From positions 1-33,086 of the forward strand of contig CAUUHK010000001.1 of the NCBI GenBank assembly GCA_963545005.1: a stretch of 33,086 bases of DNA, given 5' to 3'. Below, piece after piece: positions 16,655 through 24,585 of this stretch (position 1 is its first letter; each line of letters begins with the position of its first letter). The notes beneath the pieces are model-generated. The model did not search any database and was not told where the DNA came from. It saw nothing but the letters and a program-made list of their open reading frames with translations. Source of the DNA: an uncultured Eubacteriales bacterium. GTDB lineage: Bacteria; Bacillota; Clostridia; TANB77; CAG-508. The position numbers and the translations under genes were made by a program.

Positions 16655-18367
16655 ATGGCAGCTGATAATAAAAATGTAGATAATATTAAATTAAGTGAAT
16701 TAATAGATATTTTAAAGTTACAAAATGAAAAATGCGATGAATTAAAAGAAAATTTAGAAGTAATATTTATAACAATGCAATCATATGAATCACAATTAAA
16801 AATATTTCTATCTGCTAATGATTATGATGGTATAAAAGAAGTTGGAAATAGCATAGGAAAATTAGAAGAAGACAAAAGTAAAATAGAATTGGAGCTTACT
16901 AATATCGAAAAAGAAATTGAAGGGTTAGAAACTTTAATTTGTAGCAATGAACAATTAAAAGAATTAGTTGACATAGAAATAGATAAAAATATAGATAATC
17001 TAAAAGCTATTGATACGGAAAAAATTAAAAAAATAGAAAAATTTCATAATGAATTATATTTATATACAATAGATGCAGATACATCTAAATATGAAAATGA
17101 TAAAATGTTTTGGTATGCTGATATTAAACATGAGAGAAATAGACATGGTACAGATGAAGCATATAAAGAAGTAAAAAATGAATTAGGTATTACAGGATTA
17201 TGTGATGAAGATATCATAAATAATATACAACCTACAACTCCAGAACAAGCAGATTTTAAGCAAAAAATGCAAAAAAATATGGCAAGAACAGAATACTTAG
17301 ATAATAGTAAAAGTTTAAAAAGAGATATATTTGAAATTAATTCTTTAAAATATACAAAATCTAAAACAAATGAAATACAAGAATTAACAGATAAATTATA
17401 TAATCTTGATAAAGATGAATTTGTTAAAAAATTTCCGGAAAATAAAGAATCATTACAATTCTTTATTGAAAGTTTAGATGGAATCTGTAATAAAATTAAA
17501 TCAAATAAGACTGTAATGATTTATGAAGATGTAGATTCGCAAATTAATAAATTTAAAACATATTTTCAAAATAATGAATATCAAGATCAAAATAAAATAC
17601 AAGAATTATATAAGTTTTTTATAAGTATGTATGTTTTTCAAAAAAGTATTCCAAATGAATTCAATTTAAAAATGAAATCTTTAAATAAAAACTTAGAATT
17701 TTATGATCAAGTAAGAGAGACGGCTAAATTAAAATTAGATATTAATCAACCAATAAATGCAAATAATAATCAAACAGTACAAAATAATACATCTACAACA
17801 AGAACTGTGGATGGTAAATCGGAAAATAAAGTAGAAGTGCCAGAATATATGCTTGAATCAGATTATTCACAATTAAAAAATATCATGGAAGAAAATGAAG
17901 ATGAAAAAGATAAAGAAGGATTTTTATCTAATTTAGGAACAAAAATAAAAAAAATAACACAAAGAAATTTTTTAAGAAAAATAAAAGAATCCAACAATAA
18001 GGATGTACCTGAACAAAGAAACCAAAATGAATCAAATTATTTAAAATTGAATATTGACTTGGACTCATTATCTGATGAGCAAAGAGAGAATTTACAAATT
18101 TTAATAAACGATATTGCAAATAATAACAATCAGCTAAAAAATGAAGAACAAACAAAACAAAAAGATGAAGCTCAAGAACAGCTAGAAAATTCAGAAAGCA
18201 ATGAAATAGAAGAAAACAATCAAAAAGAACAAAGTTTAGAAATTGACACATTGTCTCAGGAACAACAAGCATATTTAGAGAAAGTTATGTCTAATATTGC
18301 AAAAAAGAAAATTAAAATAGCACAAAAAGAATTAAAAGAAAAAGAACAAGATGAAATAGAGAAATAA
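16655..18367 (+). CDS. Hypothetical 570-aa coiled-coil-rich, acidic protein
   Basis: Strong ribosome-binding site GAGGAGG plus 4 nt before the ATG. The long ORF has codon usage like its neighbours. I see no transmembrane segment or enzymatic motif. The C-terminus carries a repeated motif (LDSLSDEQRENL / IDTLSQEQQAYL). Confidence 0.75.
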   Translation: MAADNKNVDNIKLSELIDILKLQNEKCDELKENLEVIFITMQSYESQLKIFLSANDYDGIKEVGNSIGKLEEDKSKIELELTNIEKEIEGLETLICSNEQLKELVDIEIDKNIDNLKAIDTEKIKKIEKFHNELYLYTIDADTSKYENDKMFWYADIKHERNRHGTDEAYKEVKNELGITGLCDEDIINNIQPTTPEQADFKQKMQKNMARTEYLDNSKSLKRDIFEINSLKYTKSKTNEIQELTDKLYNLDKDEFVKKFPENKESLQFFIESLDGICNKIKSNKTVMIYEDVDSQINKFKTYFQNNEYQDQNKIQELYKFFISMYVFQKSIPNEFNLKMKSLNKNLEFYDQVRETAKLKLDINQPINANNNQTVQNNTSTTRTVDGKSENKVEVPEYMLESDYSQLKNIMEENEDEKDKEGFLSNLGTKIKKITQRNFLRKIKESNNKDVPEQRNQNESNYLKLNIDLDSLSDEQRENLQILINDIANNNNQLKNEEQTKQKDEAQEQLENSESNEIEENNQKEQSLEIDTLSQEQQAYLEKVMSNIAKKKIKIAQKELKEKEQDEIEK

Positions 18368-18384
18368 AAAAACAAAAAAATATA

Positions 18385-18428
18385 AAAAGCAAACAGAATA
18401 TATTTAAATTCCAGTTGCTTTTTATTAA
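18385..18428 (+). terminator. Possible rho-independent terminator ending the tyrS-to-orf570 operon
   Basis: The 8-bp stem AAAAGCAA (18385-18392) pairs with TTGCTTTT (18415-18422) and a T-rich tail follows. The loop is unusually large at 22 nt, so this is a weak call. Confidence 0.35.
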
Positions 18429-18450
18429 TTAGAAAGAGTGAAGGATAAAT

Positions 18451-19416
18451 ATGAATAAGAATGTAATATCACTAATTAGAATGATATCATTATTAATGAT
18501 TATATCATGCCATATTTTACAAGGTTTGAATAATAGTTTAGCATTTTGGGTAAATGTAGGTGTTCAAATATTTTTGTTTATATCAGGTTTTTTATATGGA
18601 AATAAAAAAATAACTGATGCAAAAGAATTTTATAAAAAAAGATTTTTTAAAATATTTTTACCATATTTTATATTTATTAATATAATTTTATTAATAGAAT
18701 ATATTATTTTAAAATACACATATTCATTTAGATATATATTAGGAAATACATTAGGTATGGGTGGATTAATTGGAACTTATAGTATTATTTCACATACATG
18801 GTTTATGAGTTATATATTATTATGTTACATATTAACACCGATATTAGATAAGTGTTTTAATAACGATTTTAAACATAATTTAATAAATTTTGTTTTAATA
18901 TGTGCATTTTTACAAATTTTAGAATTTTATGGCATATTTAATTTAGCAGTTATTTGGATAATTAATTATATATTAGGATATTTTTATGCAAGGACATATG
19001 AAGATAGTAAAAATAGAAAAAAATTAAGTATACTAGTATTTATAGCTTTTATTATAGTTATTTCAGTAGTTATAATGTTAGAAAACAAAGTAACAGTATT
19101 ACCAATTATTAAAAATTTTGCAGTGTATATTGATAGATATGGACATGTATTATTAGGAAGTACAATATTCATTATTTTATATGAAATATTAAAAAAAGTA
19201 GAAATGAAAGATAATAAGTTATTAAGCTTTTCAGATAAATATTCATATTATATATATTTAACACATCAAGTATTTATATTAGGAGCTTTCTCATTGTTAT
19301 TTCTAACAAAAATTTTAACAGTAAATATTTTAGTAATATTTATATGTAGTATAATAAGTGGTATATTATTAGAATTTATATGTAATAAGATATTAAAAGT
19401 AATATCAAAAAAATAA
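18451..19416 (+). CDS. Acyltransferase family 3 (O-acyltransferase-type) integral membrane protein
   Basis: About 10 hydrophobic helices. The N-terminal pattern LIRMISLLMIISCHIL resembles the conserved R...H of acyltransferase_3 proteins. The ribosome-binding site GAAGGA lies upstream. Confidence 0.65.
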   Translation: MNKNVISLIRMISLLMIISCHILQGLNNSLAFWVNVGVQIFLFISGFLYGNKKITDAKEFYKKRFFKIFLPYFIFINIILLIEYIILKYTYSFRYILGNTLGMGGLIGTYSIISHTWFMSYILLCYILTPILDKCFNNDFKHNLINFVLICAFLQILEFYGIFNLAVIWIINYILGYFYARTYEDSKNRKKLSILVFIAFIIVISVVIMLENKVTVLPIIKNFAVYIDRYGHVLLGSTIFIILYEILKKVEMKDNKLLSFSDKYSYYIYLTHQVFILGAFSLLFLTKILTVNILVIFICSIISGILLEFICNKILKVISKK

Positions 19417-19440
19417 AGTAGCTATATTACTACTTTATTT
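19411..19440. terminator. Bidirectional terminator hairpin shared by the convergent acyltransferase and veg-like genes
   Basis: The 11-bp perfect stem AAATAAAGTAG (19411-19421) pairs with CTACTTTATTT (19430-19440). The loop is 8 nt. A/T runs flank both sides, and the hairpin overlaps both stop codons. Confidence 0.6.
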
Positions 19441-19899
19441 TTTTATTATATTTTCTGAAAAATAATTATCTGCTGAATAATCATCAGGATTATTTTGATT
19501 TCCAAATACAATTTCTTTATATAAATTATGAAGTTCATAATCATAATTTTCATCATCTTCATTAAGATTATTATTAAATAATTCTGGTTGCTCATTGAAT
19601 AAACTTGGAACAGTTTCTTTTTTTGTTAATGCTCTAGGTACTTTTAATGGAACAAAATCATTTCCATCAAAAAATTGTATTTTAATAACCTTAGTAAATA
19701 TATCCGCATAGTTATAATTTGTGGAACTATTGTTTTCAAAAGTTACTCTAAAATAGTTATTAAAAGTATTACTTAAAATACCCACTTTACCAACTTTTTT
19801 ACCGCGTTTACTTACAGGTTCTGTAATTATAATTTCTTCACCTATTAAATTAGATAAAGCGAAGTGAGCTTTTTCTAAATCCGAATGTATATATCCCAA
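19435..19899 (-). CDS. veg: Veg-like protein (DUF1021-type N-terminal domain) with an acidic C-terminal extension of about 70 aa
   Basis: The N-terminal 85 aa resemble B. subtilis Veg. GKVGILSNTFNNYFRVTF...NYNYADIFTKVIKIQFF compares with SGILAETYPSVFVI...SYSYADILTETVEL. TTG start preceded by AGGGGG plus 5 nt. Confidence 0.65.
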   Translation of the reverse strand: MGYIHSDLEKAHFALSNLIGEEIIITEPVSKRGKKVGKVGILSNTFNNYFRVTFENNSSTNYNYADIFTKVIKIQFFDGNDFVPLKVPRALTKKETVPSLFNEQPELFNNNLNEDDENYDYELHNLYKEIVFGNQNNPDDYSADNYFSENIIKK

Positions 19900-19927
19900 T
19901 TTTTCCCCCTAAGATTTTGATATGTAT

Positions 19928-19956
19928 AAATTATCATTGAATTAAATATCTGTCTA
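19928..19956 (-). promoter_or_regulatory. Sigma-A-type promoter for the veg-like gene (minus strand)
   Basis: On the minus strand: TAGACA (19956-19951), a 17-nt spacer, then TAATTT (19933-19928), preceded by TGa as an extended -10. Confidence 0.4.
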
Positions 19957-20125
19957 AAAACATATTAAAAAAATGTAACATAAAAAATCTTGTAAAATAA
20001 ACAAAAAAATGAAAAATTGAGAAAAATAATATAATAAAAGAAATAAAAAAGAAATATAACAATATAGAAATATATAATTTTTACATAAAAAAACATAATA
20101 CAAACATTGATTTTACAATAAAAAT

Positions 20126-20153
20126 TTACAAATATTACAAAATATGCTAAAAT
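20126..20153 (+). promoter_or_regulatory. Sigma-A-type promoter for the SSB-like gene
   Basis: TTACAA (20126-20131), a 16-nt spacer, then TAAAAT (20148-20153), preceded by TGc as an extended -10. It lies 30 nt upstream of the ATG at 20183. Confidence 0.4.
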
Positions 20154-20182
20154 ATGTAACATATAATGGTTTAGGAGGAAAG

Positions 20183-20854
20183 ATGAAAGCCGAAACAAAA
20201 GAAAATGTAGTTCAAGAAATAAAAGATAATAATGCTGTATGCTTAAAAGGGAGAATAAAAAAAGAGTTAGAATTAAGTCATGTATCATTTGGTGAAAAAT
20301 TCTATAAAACAGAAATAGAAGTATTGAGACTAAGTGGAGATGTAGATAATTTAGTAATAATTGTTTCAGAAAAAGATTTAAAAGGCAAAGAAATAGTTAT
20401 AGGTACCCCTGTTGAAATAGAAGGACAATTAAGATCATATAATTATTATTTTGATAATGGTAGTAAAAGAAAATTAATAATTAATATATTTACTAAAACT
20501 TTAAAATTAATCGATGAAACAGAATTACAAAATCGAGAAAATACAAATATAGTTAAAATAGTAGGATATATTTGTAAAAAACCTATATACAGAAAAACAC
20601 CATTTGGAAGAGAAATAGCGGACATCTTATTAGCTGTAAATAGAGTTTATGGAAAAAGTGATTATTTACCTTGTATAGCCTGGGGAAGAAATGCAAGATT
20701 TTCTGATGATTTAGACATAGGTGAAATGATTGAAATAGAAGGTAGAATTCAAAGTAGAATATATAGTAAGGCTATAGATGAAAATACAACTGAAGAAAGA
20801 GTTGCATACGAAATTTCAATTGTAAAAATTAATTTATTAGATGAAATCAAATAA
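20183..20854 (+). CDS. SSB-like protein made of two tandem OB-fold repeats (223 aa), without an acidic C-terminal tip
   Basis: The ATG at 20183 follows AGGAGG. The second half, NIVKIVGYICKKPIYRKTPFGREIADILLAVNRVYGKSDYLPCIAWGRNA...IEIEGRIQSRIY, resembles bacterial SSB (VGRLxxDPELRxTxxGxxVxxFxLAVNR...W...A...G...V.GRLQxRxY). The first half repeats the same pattern. Both halves end in L(I/L)DE. Confidence 0.7.
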   Translation: MKAETKENVVQEIKDNNAVCLKGRIKKELELSHVSFGEKFYKTEIEVLRLSGDVDNLVIIVSEKDLKGKEIVIGTPVEIEGQLRSYNYYFDNGSKRKLIINIFTKTLKLIDETELQNRENTNIVKIVGYICKKPIYRKTPFGREIADILLAVNRVYGKSDYLPCIAWGRNARFSDDLDIGEMIEIEGRIQSRIYSKAIDENTTEERVAYEISIVKINLLDEIK

Positions 20855-20865
20855 AAAATATTATT

Positions 20866-20897
20866 AAAATTTTGCATTAGCAAAATTTTTTTATTTT
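20866..20897 (+). terminator. Rho-independent terminator after the SSB-like gene
   Basis: The 10-bp perfect stem AAAATTTTGC (20866-20875) pairs with GCAAAATTTT (20880-20889). The loop is 4 nt and a T-run follows. Confidence 0.65.
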
Positions 20898-20911
20898 AAA
20901 AAATATTATAC

Positions 20912-20940
20912 TTGAAAATATCGGACTAGAAATATATAAT
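20912..20940 (+). promoter_or_regulatory. Sigma-A-type promoter for murB-yvcK
   Basis: TTGAAA (20912-20917), a 17-nt spacer, then the consensus TATAAT (20935-20940). Confidence 0.55.
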
Positions 20941-20966
20941 TAAAATACTTGAAAGAAAAGGAAATT

Positions 20967-21872
20967 ATGTTTAAAGAAAAAATAGAACAAGAATTTTATA
21001 ATAGATTAAAAACAAATGAAAAAATGCAAAAATACACATCTTTTAAAATAGGTGGACCTGCAGAATATTTTATTGAAATAAATGATGAACAAGAATTAGT
21101 AAAAATATTACAAATATGTAGGGAAGAAAAGATAAATTATTATATTATTGGAAATGGAACTAATATTTTAGTAAAAGATAATGGAATAAAAGGTTTAGTA
21201 ATAAAAAATAATATAAAATATATTAATGAAGAAAAAATAGATAGTGACGAATCAATCTTTGAAGTAGGCTCAGGAGTATTATTAGGAGAATTTTGTAAAA
21301 ATGTTGCAGAATTAGGATATGGCTATATAGATAAACTTTATGGTATACCTGGCAGTATAGGTGGCGCTATAAAGATGAATGCGGGAGCATATGGATTAGA
21401 AATGAAAGATATAGTTTATTCAACAAAATATTTAGATGAAAATTTAAATATCTGTGAAATAAACAATGAAAAACAAAATTTTGAATATAGACATAGTATA
21501 TTTTCAGATAATCAATATATAATTTTATCTACGAAAATTAAATTAAAAAAAATTAATAAAGATGAACAATTAGAAAATATGAAAAATATTATGAATCAAA
21601 GAATTACAAATCAACCTTTGAATTATCCAAGTGCAGGAAGTACATTTAAAAGAGGTACAGATTATATAACATCAAAATTATTAGATGAATTAGGATTAAA
21701 AGGATTAACAGAAGGTGGAGCACAACTTTCAGAAAAACATGCAGGTTTTGTTATTAATAAAAATAATGCAAAAGCAGAAGATGTTATTAAATTAATAAAA
21801 AAAATAACAAGCATAGTTAAAGAGAAAGCAAATAAAGATATTGAATTAGAAATCATTATCATAGGAGAATAA
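20967..21872 (+). CDS. murB: UDP-N-acetylenolpyruvoylglucosamine reductase MurB
   Basis: FAD-binding motifs FKIGGPAEYF and IIGNGTNILV. GGAIKMNAGAYG and the active-site region PSAGSTFK are present. I prefer the ATG at 20967 over the track TTG at 20949, which would lie only about 2 nt from the predicted transcript start. Confidence 0.9.
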   Translation: MFKEKIEQEFYNRLKTNEKMQKYTSFKIGGPAEYFIEINDEQELVKILQICREEKINYYIIGNGTNILVKDNGIKGLVIKNNIKYINEEKIDSDESIFEVGSGVLLGEFCKNVAELGYGYIDKLYGIPGSIGGAIKMNAGAYGLEMKDIVYSTKYLDENLNICEINNEKQNFEYRHSIFSDNQYIILSTKIKLKKINKDEQLENMKNIMNQRITNQPLNYPSAGSTFKRGTDYITSKLLDELGLKGLTEGGAQLSEKHAGFVINKNNAKAEDVIKLIKKITSIVKEKANKDIELEIIIIGE

Positions 21873-21873
21873 A

Positions 21874-23865
21874 ATGAATTCATTTTTAGAATGGTTTAAA
21901 CCAGGAATGAAATTAAAAAGGTGGTTATTAGTCATAATTATAGGGATACTTTTTTTAGTATTATCATTATCATTATTAATAGCTGAAAACACACCAGATA
22001 TAGCAACTATATTAAAGATTACAATAGAATTTGTAGTAGGTTTTCTATTAATAGTATTTGGTATAATTATGGTTCAAAAAAGAACATTAGAAATATTTAT
22101 AGAAGCAAACGGAGTGAGTTCAAAAAAATTAAAAGGCAAAAATTTAAATATGAAGTCTCTTATCTTCGATAAAAATATATTTGAAAATGGTCCAAAAGTT
22201 GTAGTAATAGGTGGAGGAGCTGGATTAAATACAGTTATATCTGGAATAAAAAAGTACACTTCAAATATTACAGCAATAGTTACATTATCTGATGACGTTG
22301 ATGATCAAGAAGAATCAAGAAAAGAATTAAATTTATTACCGTATGTAGATATAAAAGAAAGTATTTCAGCATTATCTGAAAATGAAGAAGAAGTGAAAAA
22401 ATTATTAAATTTATCTTTTTCAAGTGATAGACTTAAAGGTTTAAATTTTGGAGATATATATCTTTTAGCCATGCAAGAAATGTATGGAAATACAGCACTT
22501 TCAATAAAAAAATCTACAGCAGTATTAAATATAATAGGTGAAGTTGTACCAGTATCTCCAGATGAATTAGTAGTATGTGCAGAACTAACAGATGGAACAG
22601 TTGTAAAAGGTAAAGAAGAAATACCAAAAATAGTAAAAAGTAAAATTGAAACAATTAAAAGAGTATATGTTTCACCAACAAATGCAAGACCTACAGATGC
22701 AGCTTTAAAAGCTATAGAAGAAGCAGATATCATAGTAATTGGGCCTGGAAATTTATATACAAATATAATTCCAAATTTATTAGTAAAAAATATATCAAAA
22801 GCTATAAAGGAATCAAAAGCTATAAAAACATATGTAGCTAATATTATGACAGATAGTGGGCAAACTGATGGATATAAATTATCTGATCATATTCAAGCAA
22901 TATTTGATCATTCAGGTGGTAAAATTTTCGATTTCTGTATTTCAGATACGGGAGATATAATTCCAGAATATTTAAGACAATATCATAAAAAAGGTGAAGA
23001 TGTTGTTGAAATAGATATAGAAAATGTTAAGAAATTAGGTGTTAAAGTATTTGAAAGAGATTTATCTAATATATCTAAAACAGGTAGAATAAGACATAAT
23101 TCAGATGCTATAGCATTTGCTTTAATGGAAATATTAATGACAGATTTAAAATATCTCGAAAAACAAGATGTTATGAAAAATAAATTACTTGAAAGTGTAT
23201 TAAAAAAACAAAGAAAAATTGAGAAAAAGAGAAGAAAATATATTAATTCTGGCAAAAATAAAGATAAAGACAAAGATAAGGATTTATTTGATTCAAAAAA
23301 ATCAGTAAGTGCATTTACCCAAAAATATGAAGATAGACTTAGAAAAATGAAAGAATTAAAAGAAAAAGAAAAACAAAAATTAGAAGAAGAGAAAAAAGAA
23401 AAATCTTTTTCAAAAAATTCAAAAGAAGATAAATTTAATTTATTTCAAAGAACTAAAAAAATTGTAAAAGAACATAAAAAAGAATTAGAAGAAGAACAAA
23501 AAAAATTAGAAATAAAAAAAGATGTTCAAACAAAAATTGAAGAACAAATAGAAAAAACAGAAGTAAGAGATTTTGAAGTTGGAACTATTAGAATATTAAA
23601 TAAAGATTTAGAAGCGGAAAGAAAAAGACTAGAAGCAGAAGAATTAAAAAAGAAAAAAATAGATGAGAAAAAAGAATTAGATATAAAAGAAATAGAAAAA
23701 ACAGAAGATAAAGAAAAAAATAGTAAAAAAGAAGAAAAGAAAACAAAAGAAACAAAATCTCAAATGGCAAAAAGAAAAGCAAATAAACTTTTAGAAGAAT
23801 TAAATAAATTAGAATTAGTTAGAAGAAGAGTAAGAGAAGAAAAACACGATAATAAAAATAAATAA
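21874..23865 (+). CDS. YvcK/GlmR (UPF0052, CofD-like) family protein with two N-terminal transmembrane helices and a Lys/Glu-rich C-terminal tail of about 220 aa
   Basis: Core motifs VVVIGGGAGLNTV and IVIGPGNLYTNIIPNLLV are typical of YvcK. The N-terminal hydrophobic helices are WLLVIIIGILFLVLSLSLLIA and FVVGFLLIVFGIIMV. The tail starts at about nt 23190. The start codon is 1 nt after the murB stop. Confidence 0.85.
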   Translation: MNSFLEWFKPGMKLKRWLLVIIIGILFLVLSLSLLIAENTPDIATILKITIEFVVGFLLIVFGIIMVQKRTLEIFIEANGVSSKKLKGKNLNMKSLIFDKNIFENGPKVVVIGGGAGLNTVISGIKKYTSNITAIVTLSDDVDDQEESRKELNLLPYVDIKESISALSENEEEVKKLLNLSFSSDRLKGLNFGDIYLLAMQEMYGNTALSIKKSTAVLNIIGEVVPVSPDELVVCAELTDGTVVKGKEEIPKIVKSKIETIKRVYVSPTNARPTDAALKAIEEADIIVIGPGNLYTNIIPNLLVKNISKAIKESKAIKTYVANIMTDSGQTDGYKLSDHIQAIFDHSGGKIFDFCISDTGDIIPEYLRQYHKKGEDVVEIDIENVKKLGVKVFERDLSNISKTGRIRHNSDAIAFALMEILMTDLKYLEKQDVMKNKLLESVLKKQRKIEKKRRKYINSGKNKDKDKDKDLFDSKKSVSAFTQKYEDRLRKMKELKEKEKQKLEEEKKEKSFSKNSKEDKFNLFQRTKKIVKEHKKELEEEQKKLEIKKDVQTKIEEQIEKTEVRDFEVGTIRILNKDLEAERKRLEAEELKKKKIDEKKELDIKEIEKTEDKEKNSKKEEKKTKETKSQMAKRKANKLLEELNKLELVRRRVREEKHDNKNK

Positions 23866-23870
23866 TAAAA

Positions 23871-23914
23871 TATAAACTTAATGCTAAAAAATCCATTAAG
23901 TTTATATTTATTTT
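23871..23914 (+). terminator. Rho-independent terminator after the yvcK-like gene
   Basis: The 13-bp perfect stem TATAAACTTAATG (23871-23883) pairs with CATTAAGTTTATA (23894-23906). The loop is 10 nt and tttattttat follows. Confidence 0.7.
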
Positions 23915-23946
23915 ATAAATAATAATATTAAAGATATTTAAAACAC

Positions 23947-23975
23947 TTGTTTTAGTTTGAATTCATCAATATAAT
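23947..23975 (+). promoter_or_regulatory. Sigma-A-type promoter for the ruvC-holA-orf827 operon
   Basis: TTGTTT (23947-23952), a 17-nt spacer, then the consensus TATAAT (23970-23975). It lies 20 nt upstream of the ruvC ATG. Confidence 0.5.
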
Positions 23976-23994
23976 ATATATGTAAAGGATATAT

Positions 23995-24576
23995 ATGATA
24001 ATTTTAGGAATAGATCCAGGATTTGCAATCACAGGATATAGTATACTTGAATATGAAAAAAATAATTTTACTTTAAAAAAAGCAGGAGCAATACTAACAG
24101 ATAAAGATGAAGTATTTGAAGATAGATTAAAAAAAATATTTGATGAATTAAATAATATAATAAATGTATATAAACCTGATGAAATGAGTATAGAAGAACT
24201 ATTTTTTAATACAAATTCAACAACAGCAATTAAAGTTGCAGAAGCAAGAGGAATAGTGTTATTGTGCGCAAAATTACATGATTTAAACATTGGTGAATAT
24301 ACACCATTACAGGTTAAACAAGGCGTATGTGGTTATGGTAGAGCAGATAAAAAACAAGTTCAAATGATGGTTAAAAGTATTTTAAAATTACCAGGTATTC
24401 CTAAATTAGATGATATAACAGATAGTATGGCAATTGCGATATGTCATGGACATTCTAGATATATTAATAATTTAAAATCACAAAATATAAATAAATTTAA
24501 TATTGGAAAAGAAAAAACTAAATTACAAAAATTAGAAGAATTAATAAATAAAAAAGGAAAAAATAAATTAAAATAA
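23995..24576 (+). CDS. ruvC: Crossover junction endodeoxyribonuclease RuvC, with a Lys-rich C-terminal extension of about 30 aa
   Basis: The positions of the DEDD catalytic residues fit: ILGIDPG, MSIEELFF and LDDITDSMAIAICH. The core length is typical. Confidence 0.85.
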   Translation: MIILGIDPGFAITGYSILEYEKNNFTLKKAGAILTDKDEVFEDRLKKIFDELNNIINVYKPDEMSIEELFFNTNSTTAIKVAEARGIVLLCAKLHDLNIGEYTPLQVKQGVCGYGRADKKQVQMMVKSILKLPGIPKLDDITDSMAIAICHGHSRYINNLKSQNINKFNIGKEKTKLQKLEELINKKGKNKLK

Positions 24577-24585
24577 GGAGTAACA

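Noticed and set aside
19957-20125. Apparently phased A-tracts (for example starts at 20003, 20012 and 20022) in the divergent veg/SSB-like intergenic region, which could indicate intrinsic DNA bending or UP elements.
   Set aside because: The spacing is irregular overall (9 to 15 nt). A-runs are ubiquitous at this base composition. I cannot separate this from background without a genome-wide periodicity analysis.
23259-23283. The microsatellite-like aaagataaagacaaagataaggat and other Lys/Glu-coding purine-rich runs (23190-23865, 26090-26170 and 26800-26870), considered as candidate repeat arrays or CRISPR-like structures.
   Set aside because: They are in-frame low-complexity coding sequence for KD/KE-rich tails. 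There are no regularly spaced identical repeats with unique spacers, and no cas genes.
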